Source: Octopus vulgaris (Eukaryota). Taken from it: a DNA stretch of 64,000 nt. Each line of letters starts with the position of its first letter. Within the stretch, counting starts at the first letter, position 1. The stretch covers positions 123,194,001 through 123,258,000 of the forward strand of contig OX597815.1 of NCBI GenBank assembly GCA_951406725.2, in the 5' to 3' direction. Below are positions 1-13,047 of the stretch, one piece after another. Both the position numbers and the translations under genes were made by a program. The notes under the pieces were generated by a model. It made no database searches. It was given only the letters and a program-made list of their open reading frames with translations, and was not told the DNA's origin.

Positions 1-375
1 TGTGTAGTGTCAGTGTGCATGTGTGACAGAGTGTATGTGTCTTGAGAAAAAACCTAGGCATAAGAGGCATCAGATGTGGTGTGCAGGAGAGGTGACTGTA
101 CTGGTATGGCCATATGCTTTGTATTGACAAGGACAGCTGTATAATGAAGTGCTCATCCCTAACTGTGGAGGGAACTTGTGGAAGAGGTAGACGTAGTGCT
201 GGTGACACATAAAAGGCACCCACTACACTCTGAGTGGTTGGCATTAGGAAGGGCATTCAACCGTGGAAACCAAGCCAACGTCAGACTTGAACCTAGTGCA
301 GCTCTCTGGCTTACCAGTTCCAGTCAAACTGTCAATCCATTCCAACATGGAAAGCAGATACTAAATGATGATGAT
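1..375 (+). mobile_element. RTE LINE 3' fragment
   Basis: Translates to ..GIRCGVQER*LYWYGH...VEGTCGRGR. 3'UTR AGGAAGGGCATTCAACCGTGGAAAC ... (GAT)n tail. Confidence 0.85.
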
Positions 376-395
376 ATGACGATCATCATATCATA

Positions 396-1533
396 TCTAC
401 TACATGTGTGGAAAATCGGTGTGTGTTTGTTTGTGGCATTGTTAGTTAACTCCTCCTCCATTGTTTTATTGATTTTGATGACATACGAGTTGAACTTATA
501 TCTGCAAACCTCGTGACATACATAAATTGTTGAAAAAATCGATAATACAGCCCCCGGAAAGGACCTTTATATCTACCTCATACAACTATTTTTTTAAAAC
601 ACCTAAAGGAAATAACCCATAGCACATGTACAATATTTTTTTTAAACACTCAAGGGAAATAACCCATTTCATTGTTTATGTTCGATTACTTTGAATATTG
701 ATTTTTTGTGTGTCCTATTTCTAAGCTTGCAGACACTTTTATACTTTATTTGACACGTGAGTAGAACTCATGTCTGGAAACCTTGTGGCATACTTAGATT
801 GTTGAAAAAAATTAATAATAGGGCCCTTTCAATAGATCCTTCTATCCACTACATGTTACTAATATTTTATTTAAACAACCCAAATAAATAACCCATACCA
901 CCTGCAGATTTTAGCTATGTGATCAATAATTGATTCTCACAATCAGCCAACCTAATTCTGCATTTCGCTACTCACAGCCTTGAACTGCTAAACATTATTA
1001 TTGCACTTCCTTAATTTGAATCTTAAACCTTAAAGACTTCATTCATACATTTCTATACATACATACTTTTTTGAATGCCCATTACTCCGATAATTCTGCA
1101 TTTTTACAGTTACACTTTTCCATGACAGTAGATAAATTTTTTATTCCACAACATATTTGTAATGGCTTCATGCAGGCACAGTGTGGATTCGATCCTCAAT
1201 TGCCAAATTCACTTAACACTTCAACAGCACTTTTATCATGGTAAAACAATAGTTTTTCTGTGAATGACAGCAGTTATACATTTCCCAGATGCCTTTGCTA
1301 AGCAGAATAATGTCTTTGTCTCTTGCCAACCTCTGACAACCTCTCTCACCAGCCTCCAACAATCTTTCTTTGCATCTCCAGAAACCTTTCTCACCAACCT
1401 CCAACAATCTCTCCCTCTTCCAGCTGACAGTTTTTTGTACTTTTTCGTGATGGAAAATACACTTTTTGTGGTAGTTATAAGGTGTTTCAATAGAACATCT
1501 TTACTCTCTGGAATTACAGGGTACACCAGCTAG
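396..1533 (+). mobile_element. Possible non-autonomous Helitron or Helitrons
   Basis: A|TCTACTAC..AAAATCGGTGTGTGTTTGTTTG start. Internal direct repeat (about 515-665 vs 785-900). End CTCTGgaattaCAGGGTACACCAG-CTAG|T. Confidence 0.4.
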
Positions 1534-2179
1534 TATACATATATATGCGAAATAGAAAGAATGTATTTCTTAGAGACATGGAATAGTAAAAATAAGAGAA
1601 CCTCTTTCATTCCAAGTTCAATCCAGTTGAGGTCAGCCTTTCTCTGTGTGGTCTACCAGTCATTTTATTCAGATTGGTTGATCTATATCTGTGTTTTATG
1701 AAATTGTAGTGCTATATCAATGTGAGAAGTTATGTGTGTGTGTATGTGTGTATACACACACACACACACACACACAAGTTTTGTCTCACTACATAGTAAT
1801 GGGTTGATTATTATCTTGTAAGTGAAATTGATTGACAGAAACTGGAAGAAGCTTGTTGTGTATGTTTATATATATGTGTGTGCATGTATGACTCGGTGTA
1901 TATTCCCCCTTGTCTTGGCATGTATGCGTTGTTTGTAAACAAAAACCTTATAATTTGTATGTTTGCTTGTAGTTTCTACAAAAGCATGTCTGGACTGTCC
2001 AGTGTTCGATAGACTGAGGTATTACCTTACTTGGAAACAGGTGAGGGTTAGTATCAAGAAGGGCCTCTGGTTGTAGAAAATCTACCCCAATAAACTTTAT
2101 CTGACCCATGCAAGTATGGAAAAGTAGACATCAAAATGATGATGATTTTGACATACACATGCACTCACACTCACTCACA

Positions 2180-2560
2180 TCATCATATCATTTTAATGTC
2201 CCCTTTGCATGCTTGCACAGGATAAACAGAATTCACTGAGTCAAATTTTATATGGCAGGATGCTATCCCAGTCACCAAACCTCACCTGTTTCCAAGCAAG
2301 GGATTATTTCTCCATTGCCAGATAGGATTTTCCAGAAGACTGGCAATGAGAGACACCATTTGTATGGCGGTGATGTTGAGACAAGAAGACACACACACAT
2401 GCCAGTATTCTTTTAGTTTACCTTTATCAGATACACAAGGCTTTGTTCTGTCCAAGGTTATTAGTAGAAGACACTTGCCCAAAGTACAATACAGTGAGAC
2501 TGAACCTGAAGCTACATGATTGGGAAGCAATCTTCTTAACCACATGACTAGACCTGCACT
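2180..2560 (-). mobile_element. SINE family A, RTE-type tail
   Basis: Reverse complement of the 16123 type: GAAGACACTTGCCCAAAG, ACTGAACC head, CATCAT tail. Further partial copies near 1800-2150, 16862-17020, 17270-17450, 24005-24260 and 38150-38440. Confidence 0.72.
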
Positions 2561-5545
2561 TAGTGTTATTGGTAGTAACTGATTCCAACATAAACACCTG
2601 AAATGTAGAGGAGGGGGAGAAGAAAAGCTGATGATATTGATCCCAGTACTTAATTGGTACTTGATTTCGTCAACCTTGAAGGGATGAAAGGCAGGATTTG
2701 AACCCAAAATATAAACAGCTAGAAAGATGATGGTGTTCATGAGATGTGTTTTAGATGTTATATATGTTTTTTAATTATGTTTTCATTTCTTTAATTAAAA
2801 AAATAGCATAATTTGTAGAATGTGTTCTTCAACTTAAAAGTAGCAGTAATCCTATCCAGTTGATCTGCTCATTCACCCTATGCAATCCCCTGGACCATTT
2901 CTCTTGTGTTCACCTTCCTGTAACTTGAGGATATGCCCTGGGCTAGCTATGTATCTTCTCTACTGCAAATCACTTGTTCCTGCCCATCTATCATACTTTA
3001 ACCTCTCATTACCTGACATAAATCCACCTCCCTCGATGCTATGTCCCCTCAGTTGAGGGGTCTTGTCTTGCATGTTACTTGATGACTTCACTGCAGTTGA
3101 TACCACATAAAAAGCACCCAGTATATTCCATAATGTGGTTGGCATTAGGAAGGGCATCCAACCATAGAAACCATGCCAAGCAGACATTGGATCTTGGCAC
3201 AGCCCTCTGGCTTGCCAGCTCTTGCCTATTATCTTTATCAGATTGAGCAACAATGTAGAAACCTCCTCTTTAGCTACTTATGACAGTTATTAGTGTTGTG
3301 AGCCCAGCAGACCTATGAAACTGTGCTTATCATCACCGTCCTGTCCTTATCATTGCATTTCTAAGACTACATTATCCAGTGTGTCCCTTCTTTTCCAATA
3401 TTGTTGAATGTGAATCAAGGGATATTGACTGCTGTTTCTAGCATGTTGAATGACCATAGTAGTTGCTGAAGGTGATGGTATTAATATAAGACATAAATAT
3501 GTCAATATCAATGTATGCAACAGTGAATTACTGAAACTAAGTGCCTTATACACATTATTTATCATAGTTGGGTCTCTTTATCTTTATGTTACACGCTCTC
3601 TGAATAAATTGTAGGTTATCTTTCTCTCACTCCCCTTCTTTCCTTGTGTATATATGTGTATTTATCATAAATTGGTCTGGCAACAATTACATGTCAAGAA
3701 CTATGGTGTTCAAGAAGAATTTTATATAAAAAAATTATTGCTGTAAAATCAATTTGCAACTAAAATTTCTAGAGAAGGTTTGGTGGCTTTATAACTGAAG
3801 TGTTAGGAGTTCAAACCCAACTTACTCTCCAGTCATATTGTATATACAGTGAGCAAGTGTGTAATTTCAACTGGTATAACACTTTTCAGGTTGACAGATT
3901 ATAATACTATGAGAGTTGTTTGTGTTTTGACAAGGGTTTGTTGTTGTTTCACCAGAAATATAGCATCTGTACTGCTCTGTTCTTACTGTCAATTCACAAA
4001 TCATCCTATGTAAATTATATCTTATTCTGCCCTACTTTTACCAAAACTCATTTTTCCACGTTTGTTATTTCATTCAAAGACTTGCTTCTTACATCAGTAT
4101 AAGGCTCGAGACATCTTTGTGTGTGTGTGTGTGTGAAAGAGAGAGAGAGAAATAAAATATTGTGATATTTGTAGTTTATCAAAAGCATTAACAATATTAA
4201 TTAAATGAAATCACTTTAAAGTGTAATAGAAACTAGTGGGTGGTGCTAGGGGTTGTCTTGCCTAAGAAGTTTTATAGCTTATGCTAACCAGAATGTAAAG
4301 GCAAAGAAGCTGAGGAACAGACTCTATGTATTCAGCTAGATTTATCAAAGGAAATAAAGGCTAAAAAATGGCATGATATGATTAGAAAGAACTTGAACCT
4401 TTTGATAAGTATAGCTATGTTTAAGATAATGTGTTGGTGTGTAACACATGAAAGCACAGACAATTGTAACTAATAATTTGATAATTATTATTGTAAGGAT
4501 TTAATAATGGTAACTACGATTTTCTAATTTCATTATTTCTAGTTTATTTTATATCAACAGGCATAAATAATTACTTGGAGTTATTTTCCAATTATATAGC
4601 AATAAAAACTGTTTAATTAGATTTGAGTTGTCCTCTGAAAGCCATGTTGTTCAAAGTACTGCTTTAGTAAATGAATAAAATAATTTCGTCCTCTCTAAAA
4701 GTTTACTGATAAGCCTTGGCCTTTGTTCTAATAATTTAAGATACCATGCACAGGGTGTCTCTAATTTAAACTTATAAGATAGTCTTTCTAGTCTGGAGCT
4801 TTTGTTAAGTTGTATAATTGCCTTTTGTCTATCAATGCAGTTTGGTTTCATTACATTACATCCAGATATTCAACAGGTAGTAATATATATATATATATAT
4901 ATATATCTTTTTCCAAAGAAATGTCTTTTTGTTTTTAAACTTCTTTATATAGCATGTCCCATTTCACAAAAATTACTAATGTTTACCCTACAGCTAGCAT
5001 TTAGAAAATATAAATATTTTTATGATCATTTATCTGTTAAGCTTTCTTAATTGAAAGTAATTCTTTGTATAATGTAAAATTATTGGTGTTATTGTAAGCT
5101 TATACATAAGAATGTTTGTAATATTGTTCTTATATTGTTGCTGAAATAGTTATTGTTCAAAAGTATTTGTGAGTAGAATTGTAGATATTAAAATATATGT
5201 ATATATTCAAATTTGATTTACATTATTATTTTATAAACCAAAGGTTGCTCATCATCATAACTGTCAACACCACATGTATTGTCATTTGTTTAGTAACTAT
5301 TTTTCTATACAGGTATAGATTTGGTTGTATCTACTATATCATGTTTGTTCATTTTGAACTCCTCCCACCTTCTATTTCTAGGCATTTAATGCTCTCATGT
5401 ACAACCTAACTAGTTTATCTTGTATTGCTTATTGGAAAGACCTGAATAGTACCAATTATCTTTCCTTCGTACCTATATTATAATTATTATACTTCATTTT
5501 TCTATCTGGTTTTCAAGATTCTTTATGTGAATTTATGTGTTGAAG

Positions 5546-5821
5546 TATATTTTGTTGTGTCTGGGGAGAGTCATTTTGTCTTTACACCTTATTAACAGAC
5601 TCAACAGTTCAATTTCCACTCAATTTATTTATATAATTTTTTCTTCCAGAATTTTCATTGTTTCTTGTAACCATCTCAGTAGTTGCCAACAACTATTAAG
5701 AAGATTGCAAGAAGTAACAAACATTCTAGAAAAAAAAAATTGAGTGGAAATTGAACTGGTGAGTGTGTTAGTTAATAAGGCATAAAGACAAAATGAATCT
5801 CTCTGGACACAACAAAATATA
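5546..5821. repeat. Imperfect fold-back palindrome (MITE-like or inverted pLTR pair)
   Basis: TATATTTTGTTGTGTC...GTTCAATTTCCACTCAA and TTGAGTGGAAATTGAAC...GACACAACAAAATATA. Pairing continues inward to a centre near 5685. Confidence 0.8.
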
Positions 5822-5844
5822 ATCATTATGCTTATAAGCTAAAG

Positions 5845-6065
5845 ATAGTGAGTTGGCAGACTTGTTTGCATGTTGGGCAAAAAATTCTTAGCAACATTTC
5901 CAGGTCATTACATTCTGAGTTCAAATGTTGCTGAGGTCAGCTTTGTTTTTCATCCTTTCAAGTTTGATAAAATATGTCAGTCAAATGCCGGTGTTGATGG
6001 AATAGACTAACCCTCTCCACCTAAAAATTGCTGATGTTATACCAAAATATAAAATGATTATATTA
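5845..6065 (+). mobile_element. tRNA-derived SINE family B
   Basis: GAGTTGGCAGA...TTCTGAGTTCAAAT..GCTGAGGTCAGCTTTG.TTTTCATCCTTTC..GATAAAAT, (ATT)n tail. Many diverged copies: about 7715-7892(-), 9235-9620, 11280-11423 plus 12250-12291(-), 12895-13050, 14618-14750, 24790-24965, 25060-25272, 52618-52760. Confidence 0.75.
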
Positions 6066-6653
6066 GCTGAAACATGTAAGAGAAAAGTGTTAAATTTCAC
6101 AAAAGCAACTTAATTTGAAATGAATTTTCTTTTCTGACTATGATTTAACCCATGAGCATTTAATCTGGCCGTATCTAGCTCAATATTCTACCTGTTTTAT
6201 GGTCAAACTGGCCAGATCTGACCTCTCACACCTACCCAACATTTTTCATGCTAAACAGTAACATACACTGAAATTTGGAAGCTATGAGATGATGCATGAT
6301 TAATTCTAAATAATGTGAATAAATAAGCAGAACATTTGACAGAATAATCTGAATGCTAAAGGGTTAATGTTGTATTTCATTCTGTATATTTTAGACTGAA
6401 GTTCTAAATATCCTTAATTCATTTCCTGTTTTTAGCATATTGATAAGGTTCTGTTTTGTTTTTGAAATTATTACTAACCAAAATCTGTAGGTTGACTTAC
6501 AGAGGATGATGGAAAGGGAGTGTTTTTTTCTTCTTTCTGCATACATATATAGCTGTTGATGTATAATCATCATTCTAAGAAGATTCCTAATTTGAAGCAT
6601 AGCTTAAAAAAAATGCAGAACAAATATCTTGTTAAAAAAAATTATTTAGTGAT

Positions 6654-7476
6654 CGAGACCTTTGGAGATATGCTGTGCTTGAGAAGACCCGACACGTCAA
6701 GTGAGATGATAGCTCACGGCCTATGCCAGTGGGTGCAACCAGCCCACTTATGAATACCCCTCATTCTTTAAACAATAAACTTTGCTTGCGAAGACCTATT
6801 GAGGCAAGTGAAATCAAAATTGCTGACGTGGTCGATGACAGTACTGCCTGATTGGCACTCATGCCAGTGGAACGTTAAAAGCATATCTGAGCGTGGAGTG
6901 TAACCAGCCCACTCATGAGTACCCCTCATTCATTGGACAATAAACTTTGCTTGCGAAGACCTATTGAGGCAAGTGAAATCAAGTCAAAATTGCTGAAGTG
7001 GCCAATGACAGTACTGCCTGATTGGCACTCATACCAGTGGGAGTTAAAAGCACATCTGAGCATGATCATTGCCAGGACCATGGATTGGCTCCTGTGCCAG
7101 TGGCACATAAAAAGCACCATTCAAACGTGATCGTTGCCAGCATTGCCTTACCAGCACATGTTCTGGTGGTACGTGAAAAACAACATTCAAACCTGGTTGT
7201 TGCCAGTGCCACCAGACTGGCTCCCATGCAGGTAGCATGTAAAAATACCCTTTTGAGCATGATCGTTGCCAGAACCGCCTGACTGATCCTCGTGCTGGTG
7301 GCACGTAAAAGCGCCCACTACACTCTCAGAGTGGTTGGCATTAGAAAGGGCATCCAGCTGTAGAAACTTTGCCAGATCAGATAGAGCCTGGTGCAGCCTT
7401 CTGGCTCACCAGTCCCCAGTCAAACCGTCCAACCCATGCCAACATGGAAAATGGACGTTAAACGATGATGATGATG
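6654..7476 (+). mobile_element. RTE LINE 3'UTR fragment with an internal ~165-bp tandem duplication and a ~62-bp repeat array
   Basis: Block 6737-6897 is repeated at 6902-7064. Repeated GTGGCACRTAAAAAGCACC units. Ends CCCATGCCAACATGGAAAATGGACGTTAAAC(GAT)n. Confidence 0.85.
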
Positions 7477-10194
7477 TTCATTGTAATTAGCTTTGCTAAA
7501 ATCTCTTCATAACTGATATGTTCTGAAATAATATACTGAACTAGAGTAAATTTCATTAACTTTACCATATCCATTCTAGTTCTTACACACTAACAATTCG
7601 TTGTTAGTTTTCTTTTACTTCTTTATCAATGATTTTATCAATCATCACTAAATCCCACACTCTAAAATGCAGATGACAAAATATTGTATTCCTTCAAATA
7701 TTTGTTCAATTGTAATATTGATTTCAAATTTTGGTACAAGGCCAGCAATTTCAGGGAACAAATAAACCGATTACACCAACCCCAAGGTAAAAGTTGACCT
7801 CGGTGGCATTTGAACTCAGAACATTATGTTGGAAAAAATGCCACTACGCATTTTTTCTGGCATGCTAATGATTCTGCCAGCTTGCCACCTTATAATGTTG
7901 AAGGGTGCTTCTATGTAATTGCTTGATCTGCTAGAAATAGCATCCATGTCTCCTTGCAGTCATGTACTATTGTCTTAAAAAGTAAGAGCACAGGCAACGT
8001 ACCCTTAGATATACAAAAATACAAGGTGGTCATGGCTAGAATGTCTTTAGTCAGGCTGTTTGGTGGGGGTGGTGGGAACTAAGCAATAATAACAGTAACT
8101 GTTCTCATTTCACTCAGTCTTAAAAGGCTTTTTAGCATATCTCCTTATGAGGTTTAACCACCCTGAAATGCAACCTTGCTCTTTAGCAGCTTAAAGGCTT
8201 GCTTTCACTATTCATGCTTTGATTCACCATTTCCAAGTTCTGATTTTGGTAATAAACCATCAGAGATTCAGAAGCTGTTGATTCTGCAGTGTCCAAGTTT
8301 CCAGGCACCAGTTGCACATGCACTCATATGTTTTTCTCTCCCTAAAATTCAAGCTACTTGTACTTCAGTTTATCATTGTTACGTATAAATACATGGAGAC
8401 CTTTGCTTTTCGAGTTGCTATCCTGTGGAACATTCCACTATTGTTTGCTTCCCTGGAATCTACTTTCCAATATATCAAGCTCTGCTTTACTACTATAGCC
8501 CTCTTTTTATCTGAAACACCAATCAGGTGCTGTTAGCAATACTCTCCATTTATCACTTCATAAGACAAAAGAAAAACCTATAAAATCTGCTCATTTTGGT
8601 GATTTAAATGAAATATTTCAGACAAGGTGTTGTTGAGAAAAAAATGTGTTCAGAATAATAGAAGTAAAATAGATTTGAATTAATGGCTTGCTCAACCCAA
8701 TTGAGCACCCACACAAGTTAAACAAGAACATATTAAATTCCTATTTAATGTATCAACATAACTTAAGAAATGGTTTTGATTGTTGATAAGTGTCAGGTCA
8801 CCTTCACTGAACAAACTGATGATTAATGACATTTTAGCCATGATTATACTGTCTTTGTCTTTAATGTAAATGGTAGGGAGTGATTTGAGGAAGATTTGAC
8901 TGCTCCTTCATACTAGATGAATGACTGCCTAGAGGCTTTCTTATTGGCTTGAAATAGTTTCAGTTCATATAAGTGATGAGAATGTTAGGTATTGATCAAT
9001 ATTTGTGGAATTCATGACCCTGTTGGTATAGTAAATATTGTTTTAGTGACTTAGGAGTTATTATTACTGTAATACTGGTTGTGTTGGCTATTTATTTTAC
9101 TGCTCTATTCTAAGTCTGCATCTAAGTTTATGTATACAAACACATACTACTAAATCTTACTCAATCAGGAAGGAGAGTATCATTTAATACTTAAGAATTT
9201 TTATATTTAATATTGTTGTTGTTATTTTTAATAGAGGAGAATTAGCAGAACTGTTAGTGTTGGACGAAATGTCTTACAGTAGTTAGATATAGCTTGTTAT
9301 GCTTTGAGATCAAGTATGCCTTTCACTCCCCTGGATTTGATGAAGTTAAGTACCAATCAAGTACTGGGTTCAATTTAATTAACTCACTTCCAACTCCAAA
9401 TTTGTGACCTTGTACCATTGTTAGAACAGTTATTATTCCTAACAGACGAGCAGCAATTGGCAGAATTGCTAGAGTGGTGGACGAAGTATTTTGTAGAATT
9501 TAGTTACATTTTGAGTTAAATAAGAATCTATTGAAATCCGTTTTGCATTTCACCCTTCTGATGTTGATAAAATAAATACCAGATAGATAGCAGGGTTAAT
9601 TTAATGGATTGTTCTCTCCTTAAAAAATGCACAACTTTTGAATCAATTTCTTTCTGTTATTCTTTTAACATATTTTTCTGATCAATATTTTCTCTGAAAT
9701 ATTTTATTTAAATCACCTAAAGAAGATTTTATGAGGTTTTTCTTTTATATTTATGCATATACACACACTACTAAATATTGCTCAGTCAGCAAGTGTATTG
9801 TTTGATTCTCACTTAAAATTTTGTTATTTTTAGAATTAATTATAGTATTAATGATAATTATGATTAATGGTTTCTAATTAAGGTGTAAGGTCAGTCAATC
9901 AGTCAGAGCGTAAAGAGCCAGAAGAAATGCTGCTATTATTTCTAATAGAAGTACAAGGCCACATATTTTGGAGCAGGAAACTGTAAGTTATGCCAAATAG
10001 GGTACTTACAACTGCTACTTGTTTTAATTGACCCTAAAAGGGATTAATGACAGATGTGTCTCAATAAGATTTGAACTGAGAATATACATATAAAGGGATG
10101 TAACTAGATGCTACAAGGCATTTATTTCATTTACCACTCTATCAATGCTAATACCCACAACCCCCTTAATAATAATAATAATAATAATAATAAT

Positions 10195-11277
10195 CATTAT
10201 CATCATCGTTTAACATCCACTTTCCATGCTAGCATGGGTTGGATGATTTGACTGAGGACTGGCGAACCAGATGGCTGCACCAGGCTCCAATCTTGATCTG
10301 GCTGAGTTTCTACAGCTGGATGCCTTCATAACGCCAACTACTCCGAGAATGTAGTGGGTGCTTTTACATGCCACCAGCACAAGGGCCAATCGGGTGGTAC
10401 TGGCAACGGCCATGCTCAAATGGTGTTTTTTACGTGCCACCTGCATAGAAGCCAGTCCAGCGGCACTGGCAATGACCTCGCTTGAATGTTTTTTCATGTG
10501 CCAGTAAGGCAACACTGGTAACGATCATGCTCAAATGGTGCTTTTTATGTGCCACTGGCAAGGAAACCAGTTAGCTGCTTTGGCAATGATCATGCTCGGA
10601 TGGTGCTCTTAGCACTCCACTAGTACGGATGCCAGTCATCGAATTTGACTTCGATTTCATTTGCCTGAACAGGTCTTCGCAAGCAGATTTTAGTGTCCAA
10701 TGAAGGAAAGTATGCATAAGTGGGCTGGTTACACCCCTGGCATAGGCCACGAGGTTCTGGTCTCACTTGGCTTGCCGGGTCTTCTCAAGCACAGCATATT
10801 TTCAAGTCTCGGTCACTAGTCATTGCCTTGGTGAAGCCTAATGTTCGAAGGTTGTGCTTCACCACTTCATCCCAGGTCTTCCTGGGTCTACCTCTTCCTC
10901 AGGTTCCCTCAACCGCTAGGGTGTGGCACTTTTTCACACAGTTATCCTCATCCATTCTCGCCACATGACCATAAAAGCGCAGTCGTCTCTCTTGCACACC
11001 ACATCTGATGCTTCTTAGGTCCAACTTTTCTCTCAAGGTACTTACACTCTGTCGATTATGCACACTGACATTACACATCCATCAGAACATACTGGCTTCA
11101 TTCCTTATGAGCTTATGCATGTCCTCAGCAGTCACAGCCCATGTTTCACTGCCATGTAGCATGGCTGTTCATACACATGCATCATACAGTCTGCCTTTTA
11201 CTCTGAGCGAGAAGTCCTTTGTTACCAGCAGAGGTAAGAGCTCTTTGAACTTTGCCCAAGCTATTCTTATTCTAGTA
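10195..11277 (-). mobile_element. RTE LINE 3' fragment
   Basis: ORF-end homology (IRIAWAKF, RLLWSCG, RGRPRKTWDEVVKH), the same 3'UTR and a (GAT)n tail. Confidence 0.88.
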
Positions 11278-11423
11278 TAAAAGCTCTCTGAAATTTGGGG
11301 GAAGGAACTAGTTGACCCCAGTGTTTCACTGGTACTTAATTTATTGACCCCAAAAGAATGAAAAGTAAAGTCGATCTTGACAGAATTTGAACTCAGAACA
11401 TAGAGATAGATGAAATGCTGTTA

Positions 11424-11981
11424 GGTGCAGGAATGGCTGTGTGGTAAGTAGTTTGTTTACCAACCACATGGTTCTGGGTTCAGTCTCACTGCATGGCACC
11501 ATGGGCAAGTGTCTTCTGCTATAGCCTCAGGCCAACCAAAGCCTTGTTAGTGGATTTTGTAGATGGAAAATGAAAAGAAGCCCGTTGTGTGTGTGTATGT
11601 ATATATAATATAAATTAGAGAAAAAAACTACTGTTATGCAATTCAAACAATGATAGACATAAGCCAAATCATAAATAAAAAAATATATTTTTATAAAACA
11701 TATAACTAGATCACAAAAAGTATAAAAATGAATAATCAATATATAATAATATATAATATTACTTATATATTGATTATTAATTTTTATACTTTTTGTGATC
11801 TAGTTATATGTTTTATAAAAATATATTTTTTTTATTTATGATTTGGCTTATGTCTATCATTGTTTGAATTGCATAATAGTGTTGTTTTTTTTTCTCTAAT
11901 TTATATATTATATATTTATATTGTGAAATTTGATTTAATACTAAATTGAATTTTTCCCTGTAAGTTTGGAGTTATACTCCC

Positions 11982-12018
<37 letters not shown>

Positions 12019-12249
12019 ATATATGTGTGTGTGTATATGTTTGTGTGTCTGTGTTTGTCCCCCCACCATCTCTTGACAACCGATGCTGGTGTATTTGCCT
12101 TCCCCGTAACTTAGCAGTTTAGCAAAAGAGACTGATAGAATAAGTACTAGGCTTACAAAGAATACATCTTGGGGTTGATTAGTTTGACTAAAGGTTGTGC
12201 TTCAGCATGGTCACAGTCAAATAACTGAAATAAATAAGAGTAAAAGAGT
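11424..12249 (+). mobile_element. tRNA-derived CORE-like SINE (family A, CR1/L2-type tail), split by a palindromic insert
   Basis: Head TGGCTGTGTGGTAAG...GGGTTCAGTCTCAC, CORE-like ACCATGGGCAAGTGTCTTC, central TG microsatellite, tail CAGCATGGTCACAGTCAAATAACTGAAA. Confidence 0.8.
11603..11912. repeat. Near-perfect ~310-bp palindrome
   Basis: Arms of about 145 bp (..TGATAGACATAAGCCAAATCATAAAT..CTAGATCACAAAAAGTATA.. and its reverse complement), centre near 11754. Confidence 0.92.
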
Positions 12250-13047
12250 GTTTTGCCTTGCATGCTCATGATTCTGCCAGCTTACCACCTTAATATAATA
12301 ATAATAATAATGATATCAACAAAAATAATAATAATAATAATAATAATTCACAATAATATTAGAGGACATTGAACTACATGTTTTGCAGTATTTAGAATTG
12401 ATTCACTATGTTCTGTTTCAGTCCTGTCAGAGTTGACTTTGTCTTCATTCTGTTTGATAAAATAATTATCACTTAAGAATTAGGATTTGATTTGACTCTA
12501 CTTTCGTCATAAAATCTGTACCTTTATATAAATGTTAGACATCATTATCATCTTACTTCAATCTTGTTTCCATTTTTTTGTTGAGTATCTTCCTGACACC
12601 TAGAGCAAAGAAACTTACTGTATACATTGAAAGGCCACTAAAATAAACACACCAGATCTGTCATTTGCAAAATCAAATAAAGTAATATAAAAAAAAAAAA
12701 TTACATGGATGGTTATTGTTCTCACAGTGATAATGCTCTCCTCAATACAAGTGACATACCAGTTAAAACATTTTTTGCACTTCTTGCAGGGATGGTAAGT
12801 CAGGAATTATTCTCAAATAATTTTCAGTTCCTGCTTTGGTCATTCCTAGAGCTCCTTGAAGTGTCACATGTTTTTTATTTCAATGAGCAAATTTTTATAT
12901 TTTCTGAGTTCAAATACTGCCAAAGTCGATTTTGCCTTTCATTCTTTTGGGCTCAAGAAAATAAGTACCAGTTGAGTACTGGGGTTGATGTAATTAACTT
13001 ACCCCTGCACATCCCCAAAATTCAGGCTTTTACTTATAGCTGAAAGG

